A DNA stretch of 64,000 nucleotides from Polymyxa betae A26-41 (lineage: Eukaryota; Protista; Endomyxa: Phytomyxea). Location of the stretch: NCBI GenBank assembly GCA_003693705.1, contig RBZT01000312.1, positions 208,095 to 272,094 of the forward strand, read 5' to 3'. Of this stretch, positions 25,003 to 37,153 are shown piece by piece. Position 1 is the first letter of the stretch; every line of letters begins with the position of its first letter. The notes beneath the pieces are model-generated. The model ran no database searches and was not told where the DNA came from. It worked only from the letters and a program-made list of their open reading frames with translations. A program made the position numbers and the translations under genes.

Positions 25003-26754
25003 TTATAATTTAAACGATAACGAATTCATTGTTGTTGTCGGTTTTAACGACGCTGGTTTCTCCTTTCCTCTTTGCGCTTCTGCATCTTGAATCTTCTTGA
25101 AGAAATCTCCAGATCGTGTATATTGGGTCGTATCTTTGCCATCGGCGCCCGACCTGATTGTCGTATTCGTCTTGATCTCTTCCAATGCCGCCTTCTTGTC
25201 GCGTTTCGCCTTGAATCTGGCGTCGTATTTAGCCCGGACGTCATCGTCGGCGTTCTTCTGCTGGCGCTCCTTCTTGTTCTTCTCCTTCTTCGATCGTCTT
25301 CGCGCCTTCTTCTCGTCTCTGGATAGTTCTGTATCGGCGACCGGCTCGTGCTTGTTCGGTTTGTAGACCTCCTCGGGCGCCATCGCCTGCGCTGAGCTGA
25401 CCGCCATGGGAATGGCTTCCTCCATGGCGATGGCCGGCACGTTCTTTCGCACGACGACCTCGTCTCGGGCCGGTTTCGGCGTGAAATGGAAATTCGACAA
25501 CGCATCGAGTTTGTAGCAGAGCGATGCGAATAGCGATGCGATCCCTTTATGCTCTTTCGAGAGCTCCTCTTCAGCTTCAGCAACGCCGGCCGCCTTCTCA
25601 ACATATTCCTTCTCATAGAGTTCAGCGAGACCGATCTCGCTCTTATCGGTCTCCAGCTCAGAACGCGCTCGGAACGGTTTCTCAACCGGCTCGGCTTTCC
25701 TCTCGACATCGTCATACGCCCGGTCCTTGATCCGTTGACGAATCAGATCTTCGAGATCGTTGGTGACCTCCTGCGTGATCAAACTCGGCCGTTTATCGGC
25801 CATCTCAAAGTCGAGGTTGGCATCGGTCAGCGCATCAGCAGGGCGATCAGCGACCTTGGCTTCACCCATCAGCTCCCAAGGGCGTCCATTCAGATTCCGC
25901 TCTTCAAGCTGTTCGATTTCTTTCTTTAATCTCAGCTGCCGTTTCTTGAATTCGGACAGGCCCGCAAACTCGTCGTCGGAGGCGTCGGGCGCCGATTTCG
26001 ACGACTTGTTGTCGTCGGCGAACATATCGTTGTACTGGGCGTCGGCGGCGCCATCGATATCGTGAAGAAGGTCGACCGGTTCTTCCTCGTTCTCGTCGTC
26101 GTCATCGGAGCCTTCCTCTTCTTCTTCAGCCTCATCATCCATCTCCATTTGATCAGCGAATCCCTCCATATCGTCCATATCGAAGAAGTCATCGTCAAGG
26201 TCGCTGCGAGAGCGCTTTTTCAACGCCGATTCCGTCGAGCCTTTATCGGATTCGTCGTCGTCTTCGTCAAGGTCGACCTCTTCATCGCCTTCGTCGGACT
26301 GCTCTTCGTCGTTGTCTTCGGATGGCGCTTCGTCATCATCGTCGGACGAACGCACATCTTCGTTCTCATCTTCGATCCGTTCCGAATGTTCATCTGATGA
26401 CAGATCGGTGTCGTGCTGTTCCTCTTGAGCCATATCACCAGCTTGGATCTGGGCGCGTTCGGCTGCAGCCAGATAATCAGCGAGACATTGCTGGACGCGA
26501 TCCAGCAGCGGTTCTGTGCGAAGTTCGAGTTCCTCCCAGATCTGCTCGGCATCGAGGCCATCGACCATCAGCTCGGGTAGTGGACCGTATTCATCGAGGT
26601 CGTCGGCGTGATCGTACGCGACCTTGATCAAATCGCGAAGTTCCGTTTGTAGGTTCGGATCTGGGGCGACGAATTTCTCAGGGGCGTTGATTATTTTTTC
26701 CAGCCGCTCGAATGCATCCTCGTGCCAGGATGCCAACTCGGCAGCGACTCCCAT
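25003..26754 (-). CDS. MPP10: U3 snoRNP protein MPP10 (intronless)
   Basis: DGLDAEQIWEELEL, acidic middle, PWELMGE, LEDLIRQRIKDRAYDDV, KLDALSNFHFTPKP, PAIAMEEAIP, C-terminal SFKL. Confidence 0.95.
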   Translation of the reverse strand: MGVAAELASWHEDAFERLEKIINAPEKFVAPDPNLQTELRDLIKVAYDHADDLDEYGPLPELMVDGLDAEQIWEELELRTEPLLDRVQQCLADYLAAAERAQIQAGDMAQEEQHDTDLSSDEHSERIEDENEDVRSSDDDDEAPSEDNDEEQSDEGDEEVDLDEDDDESDKGSTESALKKRSRSDLDDDFFDMDDMEGFADQMEMDDEAEEEEEGSDDDDENEEEPVDLLHDIDGAADAQYNDMFADDNKSSKSAPDASDDEFAGLSEFKKRQLRLKKEIEQLEERNLNGRPWELMGEAKVADRPADALTDANLDFEMADKRPSLITQEVTNDLEDLIRQRIKDRAYDDVERKAEPVEKPFRARSELETDKSEIGLAELYEKEYVEKAAGVAEAEEELSKEHKGIASLFASLCYKLDALSNFHFTPKPARDEVVVRKNVPAIAMEEAIPMAVSSAQAMAPEEVYKPNKHEPVADTELSRDEKKARRRSKKEKNKKERQQKNADDDVRAKYDARFKAKRDKKAALEEIKTNTTIRSGADGKDTTQYTRSGDFFKKIQDAEAQRGKEKPASLKPTTTMNSLSFKL

Positions 26755-27038
26755 TTTTTGTGGAAATTCAACCGATGATCAGGAATCCTGGATCAGATTT
26801 CAAGCGCAGTCCGCTGCGGGCTTTTCTCGAAACCTTTTCAAAAATCTTTTGATTTTTTTTTCAATCCGTTTTCGACTTATGGTGAGCAAATGTCCAGATT
26901 TCCTGAATCAGTGGAACACCCAGCTGGAGTTTTAAGTGATTATTTCTTTGGAACATGTTTGCAAACCGTTCTATGTTTATTTCTGTTCTTAACTCTCTGG
27001 GTCGAAGATGGTACATTCGTTGTTAATCAACACAGTCG

Positions 27039-28619
27039 ATGCAGCTCGACGATCTGAATGGAGAGGATCGCGTTGATATCGACGAACAGCATGAGACGTT
27101 CTTCGATTGGCAACCTAAAGACAGCGGCGGGCAGAAATTCACCTCTCTCCCTGCAGCATCTGTCGAAACTGTTGTCACGAATGAAAGGCAGAACAGGTTT
27201 TGTATCTTTATTTCAAACGTGTCTCGATTCTGATGGATGCTCAAGGCGACAGATTCGTCAGGAATTTCGCTCATGGTCGCTGTTCCGATTCTGGGTCTGG
27301 ATGCTCGTCGAATCACCAATTTTCAACGGCTTTATTCTGCTGATTATATTCAGCAATGTGGCCGCCATTATCTTGCAGATTAACAAAGTCCTCATCTTTC
27401 AATACGGTACCAACATGATGATGTTATAAACGGCGTTGATCTCCTCATCAGGATGGTATTTCTCGGTTCTGGACAACATCTTCCTTGGCATCTACCAGGC
27501 TGAATTACTGATGCGAATCTTCGTCTGGCGTTGGCGGTTCTTCTCAGACGGATGGAATCTATTCGGTTGGAGAAAGAGACCACTTCCTATCGTCAATTAC
27601 TGACCGATGCCGCAGATCTGGTGGTTGTCGGGTTCTCGGTAATGGAGGTGTTCGCTTTGCTGTTCTTGGGCCAGATGTCCTTCATCAACCCAAAGATCCT
27701 TCGATTGCTGCGTTTGATTCGTACGATGAAGGGCATTCGAGCATTGCGAATTCTTCGAACAATCACCTTCGTGAATAGCCTGCAGGTGATTGCTGCCACC
27801 TTGCTACGATCTCTGCCTGCGATGGGCAGCATTTTCGCTTTAGTCGCCTTAGTCATATGTATTGTGGTTTCAAACAGGCTATTTACAAATCTGACCATGG
27901 TACAGATGTATTCGCTATTATTGGCGTCAATCTCTATAAAGAAACTTTACCAGAAAGGTTCGGGTCGATATTCCTTGCAAGCTTCACGATGTTTCAGTTA
28001 ATGACACTCGATGACTGGTAATAACAGAAAGAACAAAAAAGCGATCAGCTGTTAAGGTTCTCCAGGTTCTTTATCTACCACGATGGCAGATCTAATAGTC
28101 CATTCCTATTTCTCTACCTAGCGACAGCCATCATCATCGGGACGTTCATTCTCGTCAACCTGCTCACGGCTGTCATCGTGAACAACCTCGAACACTCCAA
28201 CGACGCTTTGGCGAAAGAGCGCCAAATGGCCCAGACCCTGACGAGAAAGCGACTTGAACTTCAGCATGCCAAGAACCGTCTGAATCAGATTAAGGTTTAT
28301 GAGACCCTCCTCTACATGTCACGTAATCACACATCTCTATAGCCTAGTAACATTACTGCATCGGCGCCCTCGCCAGCAACTATTCATATGAAGAACCCCA
28401 ACAATCGCCCCGAATCCCTAAGAAGACAGAAACTGATTTCGATGGCGATCATGCTACAGGTCAAGGCTTGTGCAATGGGGTTCTGAGGGGGACTAATGCT
28501 GTTGTTAGGGGGCTCTTGAAAGTCAAGTCAGCCAGTTTCAAACTCTGGAAAAGGTGCATGATGACCTCTGCTCTTCGCTACACAAATTTGTAGAAGAACC
28601 CCAAAACAATTCGTTATGA
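27039..28619 (+). CDS. Single-domain 6TM voltage-gated cation channel, CatSper1-like
   Basis: S4 KILRLLRLIRTMKGIRALRILR; pore FQLMTLDDWFFIY (intron inside the W codon); S6 FILVNLLTAVIVNNL; C-terminal coiled coil. The start may be an ATG-only exon at 27008. Confidence 0.8.
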
Positions 28620-28710
28620 TTTAGTGAATTCCGTAATGGTCACGTCGATAGAATAGAAACATGTAGAAAAATGATTAAGGAATTGCTAAGATCAAATCTA
28701 TACTTTCTCT

Positions 28711-31517
28711 CTAATAATGACATTTCAAAGCACCGATTGCCGGAATTGAACCGGACTGCAAATCATCCAGGGTTTTCATGACGAATTTGGCGATGCGATC
28801 AGGCGTAAATCCAAGCTCTTTGTAAATCACCTGTTCACCATGTCAATACTCGTGCTTGTGAAACACGAACAGGCTACCTCAGCAGGTGCAGATGCTCCCC
28901 ATTCTGGAACAGCAACAGAGAAGTGAGCATGGCTTGACCATCCGAAATCGCCTTGAGCTTCAACAGAGAACACAGGAACTCCTACTGGAAGGACCTATTA
29001 TAAAGGGTTAACATGAAAGATATGCATTCGAAAGCATTTGACCTGTCGACGGTATTCTTTCGATTGTTTACCAAAAAGTTCCAAACACGGAGCCGATACC
29101 ACCGTTGTTGGGATGTTCTCGTGGTTGAGCTTCAAAGCCGCTTTTAGAGCAATGTTCACTTCAGTTCCGGTAGCAATCAGGCACACTGCAGGCGGAACAT
29201 CTGCATATGGAGGCAATGAGCGACAGGATAGAATTGCAGAGAATTATCTGACTGTTTTGCGTCGAGACTATCGTATAAGCTCCGAGCTTCACTTTTTCGG
29301 CGGAAGTATTGCCTAAATCAGTCGGCACATTCTGTCGAGAGAGTGCAATGACAGTGGGCCCGTTGACCGATTCAATAGCTGTAGAATACGCCCCGTTGAC
29401 CTGATAATGTTAACAATAGGATTCAAAGTGAACCTTGTTGATACTTCATTTTGATCAGCAGGACGCATCACAAGAAGATGTGGTGTAGCTCGAAGCAGAG
29501 CTAGAACCTCAACAGGTTGATGAGTTGGGCCATCTTCTCCCAAACCGATAGAGTCGTGTGTCATAACGAATATATGACGAATTCGGCTCAAAGCAGCAAT
29601 GCGAACAGCCTGGTATTAATTACAAGTATGCAATGTACGAGGATGAGAACGCACAGGAAATCCATAAGTAATAAAGTTCAAGAAGGTAGCAGTAAAGGGG
29701 ATCAGCCCGCCAAAAAGCGATATGCCGTTTCCGATTGCAAACATTGCATGCTCACGGACACCAAATCTGAAACAACAAGGTTAAAAAGCAGAATAACGAA
29801 AACAAGGCCAATACCTAATATAGCGACCGTCGGGTGTTTTAGGAGAAAAATCATAGGAGCAATTTAGATCAGTCAGTGTTGAAGGAGTTAAATCGGCCGC
29901 TCCTCCAACCAGTTCCGGTAAGACTTTTGCAAGAGCATTGAGAGTCTGATTTCGAGTTAAATGCATGAATGGTTTGTAATAGTACACCGTACAGCATGCG
30001 ACATTCTCCGAGTAGCCAGCTCAGCGGAAGAAGCCTTCTGAGGTAGCCCACAGTTCCTAATAGCATTGAGCGAGTGACAGCAGACAGAATGATGGAATTT
30101 TACCATCCACGAGGCAGCTCCTCTGCGAACGTCCGGGTGAATTGAGCATGAAGCTGAGAATGTTTCACTTTGTACTAAGCAATGTTTAGGTCGAGACGGC
30201 AAAGTGGACAACATGAAACTCACCTCCTGGACTAATCGCTTCCAGTCTTCATAGAGAGCAGTGTTACGATCGACAACGGTTTTGTAAAACTTCTTGACAT
30301 TGTCGGGAACTATAAACGATTGTGCAGGATCAAATCCGACAGCGGATTTCATTTCAGCAAGAACTTCCGCACCTAGCGGCGCTCCATGCACACCTACGCT
30401 CTTAGTATTCACCACGATGAACCGTTACTAGAAGCTAACCATGCGTTCCTGCCTTCTTGGAAGTGTACCCAATGGTTGTTTTCAAGGAAATTAAAGTAGG
30501 CCGGTCAGTGACTGATTGAGCTTCCTGCATGAACCGTTGAGCCAGCAAAATGCAACGAAATGCATCTTACTTTGATAGCAGCTTCAATAGCCTGATAGTC
30601 GGAGTCGCCGTCGTCAACAGTAATCGTATGCCAGCCATAAGCCTCAAAACGTTTGGGTACGTCCTCAGTGAATGAAAGCGAAGTATCTCCGTCAATTGTG
30701 ATCTATTCGAGTTTAGGACACACTAGTAAGAGTAAAGGCACCGAATACAGACCTTATTATCATCATAGATGACGATCAATCGCCCAAGCTTGTTGTGCCC
30801 AGCTAAGGAGCATGCTTCACTGCTGACGCCCTCTTGTAGGTCACCATCACCGCAGAAGACATAGGTATAGTTATCCAAAATTGGGAAATCTGGTTGGTTA
30901 TATAATGCAGCTTGGTGAACCTGTGCCATTGCCATACCAACTGTATCATCGCTTAGAACAGGGAAATTCAGAGCATGCTCGTGATACCAGCGGTTGAAAT
31001 GCCTTGTCCTAAGGGGCCTGTCGTGGCTTCAACTCCATGTGTATGACGAAATTCAGGATGTCCTGGTGTCACACTACCCCACTGACGAAACGACTAAAAC
31101 AAATTCGTAAATCGAACTGTGCTGATAGTGATGACACAATAAGACCTTGAGATCATCCATCGTAATGTTAAAGTCTAACAAGTGCAGCATTGTATAAAGC
31201 AAAGCGCAGCCTGAGCCATGATTAACGATAGTTTTCGATCAACAGCACCTCAGACCGTGCCCATTAGAAAGAACGAAACGGTCCCGGCCAGGCCATTTCG
31301 AGTCGGTTGGCGTCACACGAAGAAATTTGGTAAAGAGGATATGAGCTGCAGGCGCCATTCCAAGCGGCATGCCTAGATTCCAGGATCAGTTAAGTACGAA
31401 AGCTGGCAGCATATTACAAGCTGTACCTGGATGGCCGGAATTGGCCTTCTGAACCATGTCAGCCGACAAGCACCGGATGGTAGCAAGGGCGACGTGGGTG
31501 ATATCGTCGGTAATCAT
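28711..31517 (-). CDS. TKT: Transketolase (many short introns)
   Basis: [53 protein letters not shown]. Confidence 0.96.
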
Positions 31518-31864
31518 AGTTAGACGTTTAACGACCGCACGTTGCTGTATCAAATATATTTGGACGGAGATAGGTTTGACCGAACGATGAAGCAGTGAAC
31601 CGAATAGATAAATAATGTCGCAATGCAGATGCAGAGCGCACTAAGTCGGTATCCTCCAATCCCGATCTAGATACACCAACAGTGCTTTGTTAGTCGACTC
31701 CAAGTCCTGATTTTCTTTCCAGAACTGATGCATGGCTATTCTAGAACGATCCTTTGCTTGGATCTACACTTCGGATGTGCCTGGTTTTTACTCAAAAGTG
31801 TTTTGAGAATTAAGAGCTGCATTGTACACAGAATGTTTGATATAAATTTATTTTGATGGGAAGA

Positions 31865-33952
31865 TTAGTTTAGGATAATTGATCGTCGGTTCATGAGGTT
31901 TGCTCTATCCCAAACGTTCGCAGCTTCAGGAGCAAATTTTACTTGTTGTAATTGGTTTGCAGTACCTGTACAAGTCAATTATAAACCAGTCCGGAGTAAA
32001 AATCTGGTAAAATTACCATCGGTAGAGTTGCAATCAGGCAGACCGATATTGACGAATTTTGGAGCAGCGCTGAGCAAGTATGTTTTTTGAGGTTTAGGAG
32101 TTTCGCATTCAGAAGAGTTCAGCCTTTTCCCAAGTCAGAATAGATTAGACTCAAAAAAGCCATTACCCGGTAGGAGCTGGACGTAACATACTGGCAGCAC
32201 CAGAGCCAACCGGACCAGCCGAACTAGGAGCTGATGTCAGTGGAGCAGTTGATGGCGCGATCGGAGCGACAAATGCTGAGGTAGGCGCTGGGGTGATCGA
32301 CGCAGCTGAAGTTGGCGCTGGAGTAGCCGGAGCCGTTGAAGTTGGCGCTGGTGTGATTGGTGCAACAGATGCTGAGGTAGGCGCTGGAGTGACCGGAGCA
32401 GCTGAAGTTGGCGCTGGANNNNNNNNNNNNNNNNNNNNNNNNNNNNNNNNNNNNNNNNNNNNNNNNNNNNNNNNNNNNNNNNNNNNNNNNNNNNNNNNNN
32501 NNNNNNNNGCGCTGGAGTGACCGGAGCAGCTGAAGTTGGCGCTGTAGTGATTGGTGCCGCAGATACCGATGTAGGAGCCGGTGTAATCGGAGCCACAGAT
32601 GCTGATGTAGGAGCTGGTGTTATGGGAATAGATGAAGATGGCGCTGGAGTGATTGGTGCAACAGATGCTGAGGTAGGCGCTGGAGAGACCGGAGCACTTG
32701 ACGTAGGTGCTGACGGATCACTGCACTCTATTGCAGGAACCGGTGTTTGTGGAGCTACAGACGTTGTTGAAGGAGCAGGTGTAATGGGAGCTGCCGATGC
32801 CGATGTAGGGGCCGGCGTAATCGGAGCCACAGATGCCGATGTAGGAGCTGGTGTGATTGGGGCTGCAGATGCCGATGTCGGAGCAGGTGTAATTGGAGCC
32901 ACAGATGCCGATGTAGGGGCCGGCGTAATCGGGGCCACAGATGCCGATGTAGGAGCAGGTGTAATCGGAGCCACAGATGCCGATGTAGGGGCCGGCGTAA
33001 TCGGGGCCACAGATGCCGATGTAGGGGCAGGTGTAATCGGAGCCACAGATCCCGATGTAGGTGCCGGCGTAGGATCGTTGCATTCTGAAGTCGGAGCAGG
33101 TGTTTGTGGTACAGCATAAGTTGATGTAGGTGCTGGTGTAATCGGAGCTGTGGATGCTGATGTAGGAACCGGTGTACTCGGAGCCATAGAAGTCGCCGGT
33201 GTTTGTGTTGCAGCAAATGTTGATGTAGGGGCCGGGGTCATAGGAGCTACAGACGTCGATGTTTGGGGTGCAGGTTCGGATGTAATTATTGGAGTAGTGG
33301 TTGGCTGGCTGGTAGCAGCTGCAACAGAAACAGAAGTTGGCGAAGGGGTTGAGCTCCTTAGCTTCGAATGAAGATATTTTTGATGATCATACCCATAAGA
33401 TGTTGACTTCTTGTAATGTTTGCTGAGTGGCGACGGGGAAGACGAGCTTTGACACAGCTCATAGGGACGGTTGTAGAATGGGCAAACAGCATCATACATG
33501 CAAACAATCATAGACTCATTAGTGCTGCCGCTGATGCAATCATTTTGAGCACATCCGAAATAAGTCATATTCTGAAATGCCATTTGCTTGTAATTATTGC
33601 ACTGGTAACCGTCGATACATGTGTTTAGATTAAGATTGTAGAAACGGTTTTCATCAAACCAGGTATGCACTGCTTTGTCGGCTGTCATATTCTGTCCAAA
33701 AGCGATATTTACGCCAGGAGTCATGTTCGAATTGTCTTTTTGACATTTCATAGCAAACGACAAAGCTTTGAGAGCCAGTGCATTATCCCAAGAGAGCGAG
33801 CTTAAGGGTGAGCAAGGGATTGGGTTAACGTTGGAACGGAGAGCATTATGCGATGATATGATGTCCTCTATATCCGCCGATTTCAAGTTGGCCAGTGAAC
33901 CCACAGCCAATAGTATCGATGAGATTACGAAAGTTTTGGTGATAGCCAGCAT
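31865..33952 (-). CDS. Secreted CAP/SCP (PR-1-like) protein with Pro/Thr/Ser-rich mucin-like stalk; spans an assembly gap
   Basis: Signal peptide MLAITKTFVISSILLAVGSLA; HNALR, WD, WFDE, FGCA, VCMY. Repeats continue after the gap; last exons are inferred. Confidence 0.8.
32250..33270 (-). repeat. Coding minisatellite, ~36-bp unit (APITPAPTSASV) with shorter variants
   Basis: Tandem units such as gccggcgtaatcggagccacagatgccgatgtagga on the + strand. Confidence 0.95.
32419..32508. other. Assembly gap (90 N) inside the minisatellite
   Basis: Run of N. Confidence 1.
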
Positions 33953-34366
33953 TTAGATATACCAATCAGCAATACAGCTAATATTAAAATACAAGCACGG
34001 TGGGATTGAAAACTCTTGATGAAGCGTCCAGTGTGAGTCACTAGCTATTAATCTTGGTTAAGTCGGGAAACATTCTTTATACGCCTTAGAAATATCTGTT
34101 GTACATCCAGCATCGCATCTCTCTCCAGTCCGGTTGGATCTGTATGTCGATAGGCATTCGCGATAAGGCAGCTAGACGCCTCACATAAATGATTGAGGAC
34201 CTGTTACTACCGGTAGAAAGGAAGTGTCGAGTGGGGGGCCTTCCTTAGGTATGTAGACAGTACACACTGACTCTCTTTGGTCTTACGTTACTCCTCCAGT
34301 GAAACTGGGCACGTCTGAGCGCAATCATCAAATGATTTCATTTCCGTAGATCGAGTTTCAATCGTC

Positions 34367-36049
34367 ATGGAGCTTGCTGGTAGGCACGGTGCCGTCCTCG
34401 TTCTCGGCGACATCGGGCGTAGCCCGCGAATGCAGTATCAAGCGCTATCGCTATCGAAGCATGGAGCGCGCATCGCTCTGATAGGCTATCGAGGGTAACT
34501 TCGTCGTTTTGCCTTACAGCCGACTCTTATAATGCTTGGTCTACAAGATCACAGCCTTTTTCGGACGTAGTTGCAGATAAGAATATCACTATATATTACC
34601 TTCCGGAATGGGTTTATCGGCCAAAATCTCGAATAATGTTCATAGCTTCTGTGCCATTTCGTATTTTCTTCGAATGCTTGGTCATTTTGTATACTCTTAT
34701 TTGCTTGATACCGCATCCATCCTTTATTTTGGTCCAGGTACAGTCTTTGTGATGGCTGATCTGTTATCGTTTTTAGAATTGATTCAGAATCCTCCCTCCA
34801 TTCCTTGTCTCATTATTGCCAAAATTGCGTCTCTGGTATTCAGATCTGATTTCATTATTGATTGGCATAATTTTGGATTCACAATTCTTGGTAAACGAAA
34901 CGCGTTTTATCTGTTTGATCAACTAATTTTTTTAGGCCTACGACTTGGACGATCACATCCGTTTGTGAAGATTGCGTATCTGTACGAGAAGATATGTGGT
35001 CGAATGGCTGACCAAAGTATTTGTGTCACTGGTGCGATGCAGAAAGAACTTAGCTTGAATTGGAAAGTTCAAGCGTCTGTTTTGCATGATCGTCCTCCCG
35101 CCAAATTTCGTAGGCTCACGCTGGACAAAATCCACGAAGTAAACTGCCTTGTTTTAACCAATAATTTGTTATTCATTGGTTGTTTTTTCAGTTTTTCGTG
35201 AATTTTCAGAAATCCGGGTTGCTCGACGAGGCTTCGGATTGGCTCCCTCCTGTTTCCGAAAGGAAAAAACGGACAGTTATTACAGAAAAAGCCGATGGAA
35301 TTGTTCGATATCGAGAGGGAAGACCTGCTGTGATAGTGACATCAACCAGCTATACTCCTGATGAGAACATCGGAATGCTTCTCGATGCTCTTTTAATGTA
35401 CGATCGTAATCATACGGCATCTGATCCTCGTCTGCTTGTTATCATTACGGGAAAGGGGCCACTGATGGAGTTTTATTCAAAAGAGATCGCACTGTTGAGT
35501 TTAGAGCACGTCAAAGTCATTCAAGTTTGGCTATCTGCTGATGATTATCCGAGAATTCTTGGAAGCGCTGATCTTGGAGTCAGTCTACATATCTCGTCTT
35601 CAGGCTTAGATCTGCCAATGAAAGTTGTAGATATGTTTGGCTCAGGCCTTCCGGTGTGTGCTGTAGGATTCCCATGGTAAGGTGTTCAAGCTTTTGGAGG
35701 AATGGGTTTTTACTTTGCCAGTTTGGATGAATTGGTTATCCACCGGAAGAATGGTCTTGTGTTTCATTCCAGTGCTGAACTTAAACAACAGCTTTCTGTA
35801 AGAATTATCTAAACTTGTTGACATGCTTTTCAAATCGCATAGGTAATCTTCAACAATGATTCATTATTAAGCGACATGCGCCAGGCGTTGAATCAGTTTA
35901 TTGCTGTGCGCTGGGACGATTGCTGGAATCAAAATGCATTACCTTGCTTCATCAAAGCTCCAAAACCGACAACATTGCGATTTTATGTTATTTCAGGCTT
36001 ATTAACATTATTAAGCATTCGATTTATAATCAGCATGTACAATTTATGA
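34367..36049 (+). CDS. ALG1: Chitobiosyldiphosphodolichol beta-mannosyltransferase
   Basis: [68 protein letters not shown]. Confidence 0.95.
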
Positions 36050-36068
36050 AATAAAGACGATAACAGTT

Positions 36069-36790
36069 TCAACTAACTCGCTTCCTGAACTGTTGAAAGA
36101 CGAGCTCGTCAGATGCACCGTAGCAAGCGTTTCTCAAACCTAGAAAGACGTGTTAGCTCTCCATAGAAAACTCTCTCTGTTATAGCCTATACGTACCTTG
36201 TTCGTTTTCGTATTGTTGAAAATTGCAACCAATATTGATAGGTATCGTCTTCTGACCTTGGAAAACATTGGCTGTGACAGTATTCTTTCTCTTTGCAGCT
36301 TGTTTGGCTGCTTCGGTTGCTCTAATATTTCTGAGTTTATCCTCTATTGAAAGATCATATTCCTGAAGGTCCAGCGCCGCTTCAGAATGCACGACAGTCT
36401 GCCTTTTTCTGTCGATACTTTCTCGATCACCAGAAATGACTTCATTAACTTCGAGCAATCTTTTCAGGCCATGCTTCTTCAAATGTAGAGTAACAGGAGA
36501 AATCTGGTCGTCGGTCAGTTTGAAATTTTGACTCAGAAAGTTGGTCTTCTTTGGCTCTTGAGCAGGTACTGGCTCTTCAGAAGCTGCATTGCACATTTGA
36601 CGCCGAATCATTTGCATCTTTCTGATGTGAAGAGCGCGAGTGCCCTAGATTCAATGTCGGAATTTTCCGGAAAACGAAACAAGATGGAGTCAAGAACCTC
36701 GGGATCTGATTCACAGTCGATATCCCCAGTGGCAACACGCTGCGAACAGGTCGGTTTCCGCCTGCCTCGAAAACGAACAGCAGCTGTCAT
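36069..36790 (-). CDS. C9orf78/Tls1 (Hep_59) splicing-associated protein
   Basis: LQEYDLSIEDKLRNIRATEAAK and C-terminal ASDELVFQQFRKR match the family's EVDLG..K.KNI..TE.AK and ATDD...F.K motifs. Confidence 0.75.
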
Positions 36791-37153
36791 CTATAGCAAG
36801 ACGATATGATGGATTTAAGCACTGCTTTTCACTTCTTGAAATCACAGGACGAGCCCTGACACGCGAGTCAGCATGACAATTGCGGCTTGCGAAAACGCAG
36901 ATTTCCGCGATGTTGTTATGCCAAATGTTCTCGAGAGTTCGAATGCCGCGAGCAGCTTTTGTTTAGAATGCATTGCTTGGAATTCTTCTTCCTTCAAACA
37001 TTCAAACATAAGGTGAATAAACCTGTGTCATGTAGCCTGCTTCCATTTCTACAGGGCGGAAAGCGTGATCAGTCCTTTCCGTTGCTGAAAAAATGAGGAG
37101 GTATTTAGTCACAGGCTGGGATTCACAGCTGTCCGACAAGCCATGCAACAGTA

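Noticed and set aside
25044-26627. Many long overlapping or antisense ORFs over MPP10 (also over AKR-LRR and Piezo)
   Set aside because: Shadow ORFs from codon bias, with no recognisable motifs.
28735-28765. tRNA T-arm-like CCGGTTCAATTCCGG on minus strand
   Set aside because: Lies in the last transketolase exon; no acceptor, D or anticodon arms.
32237-32520. Apparent frameshift and Q/L/R-rich tail in the CAP ORF
   Set aside because: Artefact of the arbitrary 90-N gap; PAPTS repeats continue in another frame.
32250-33270. CRISPR-like array
   Set aside because: No unique spacers; it is a coding minisatellite in a eukaryotic gene.
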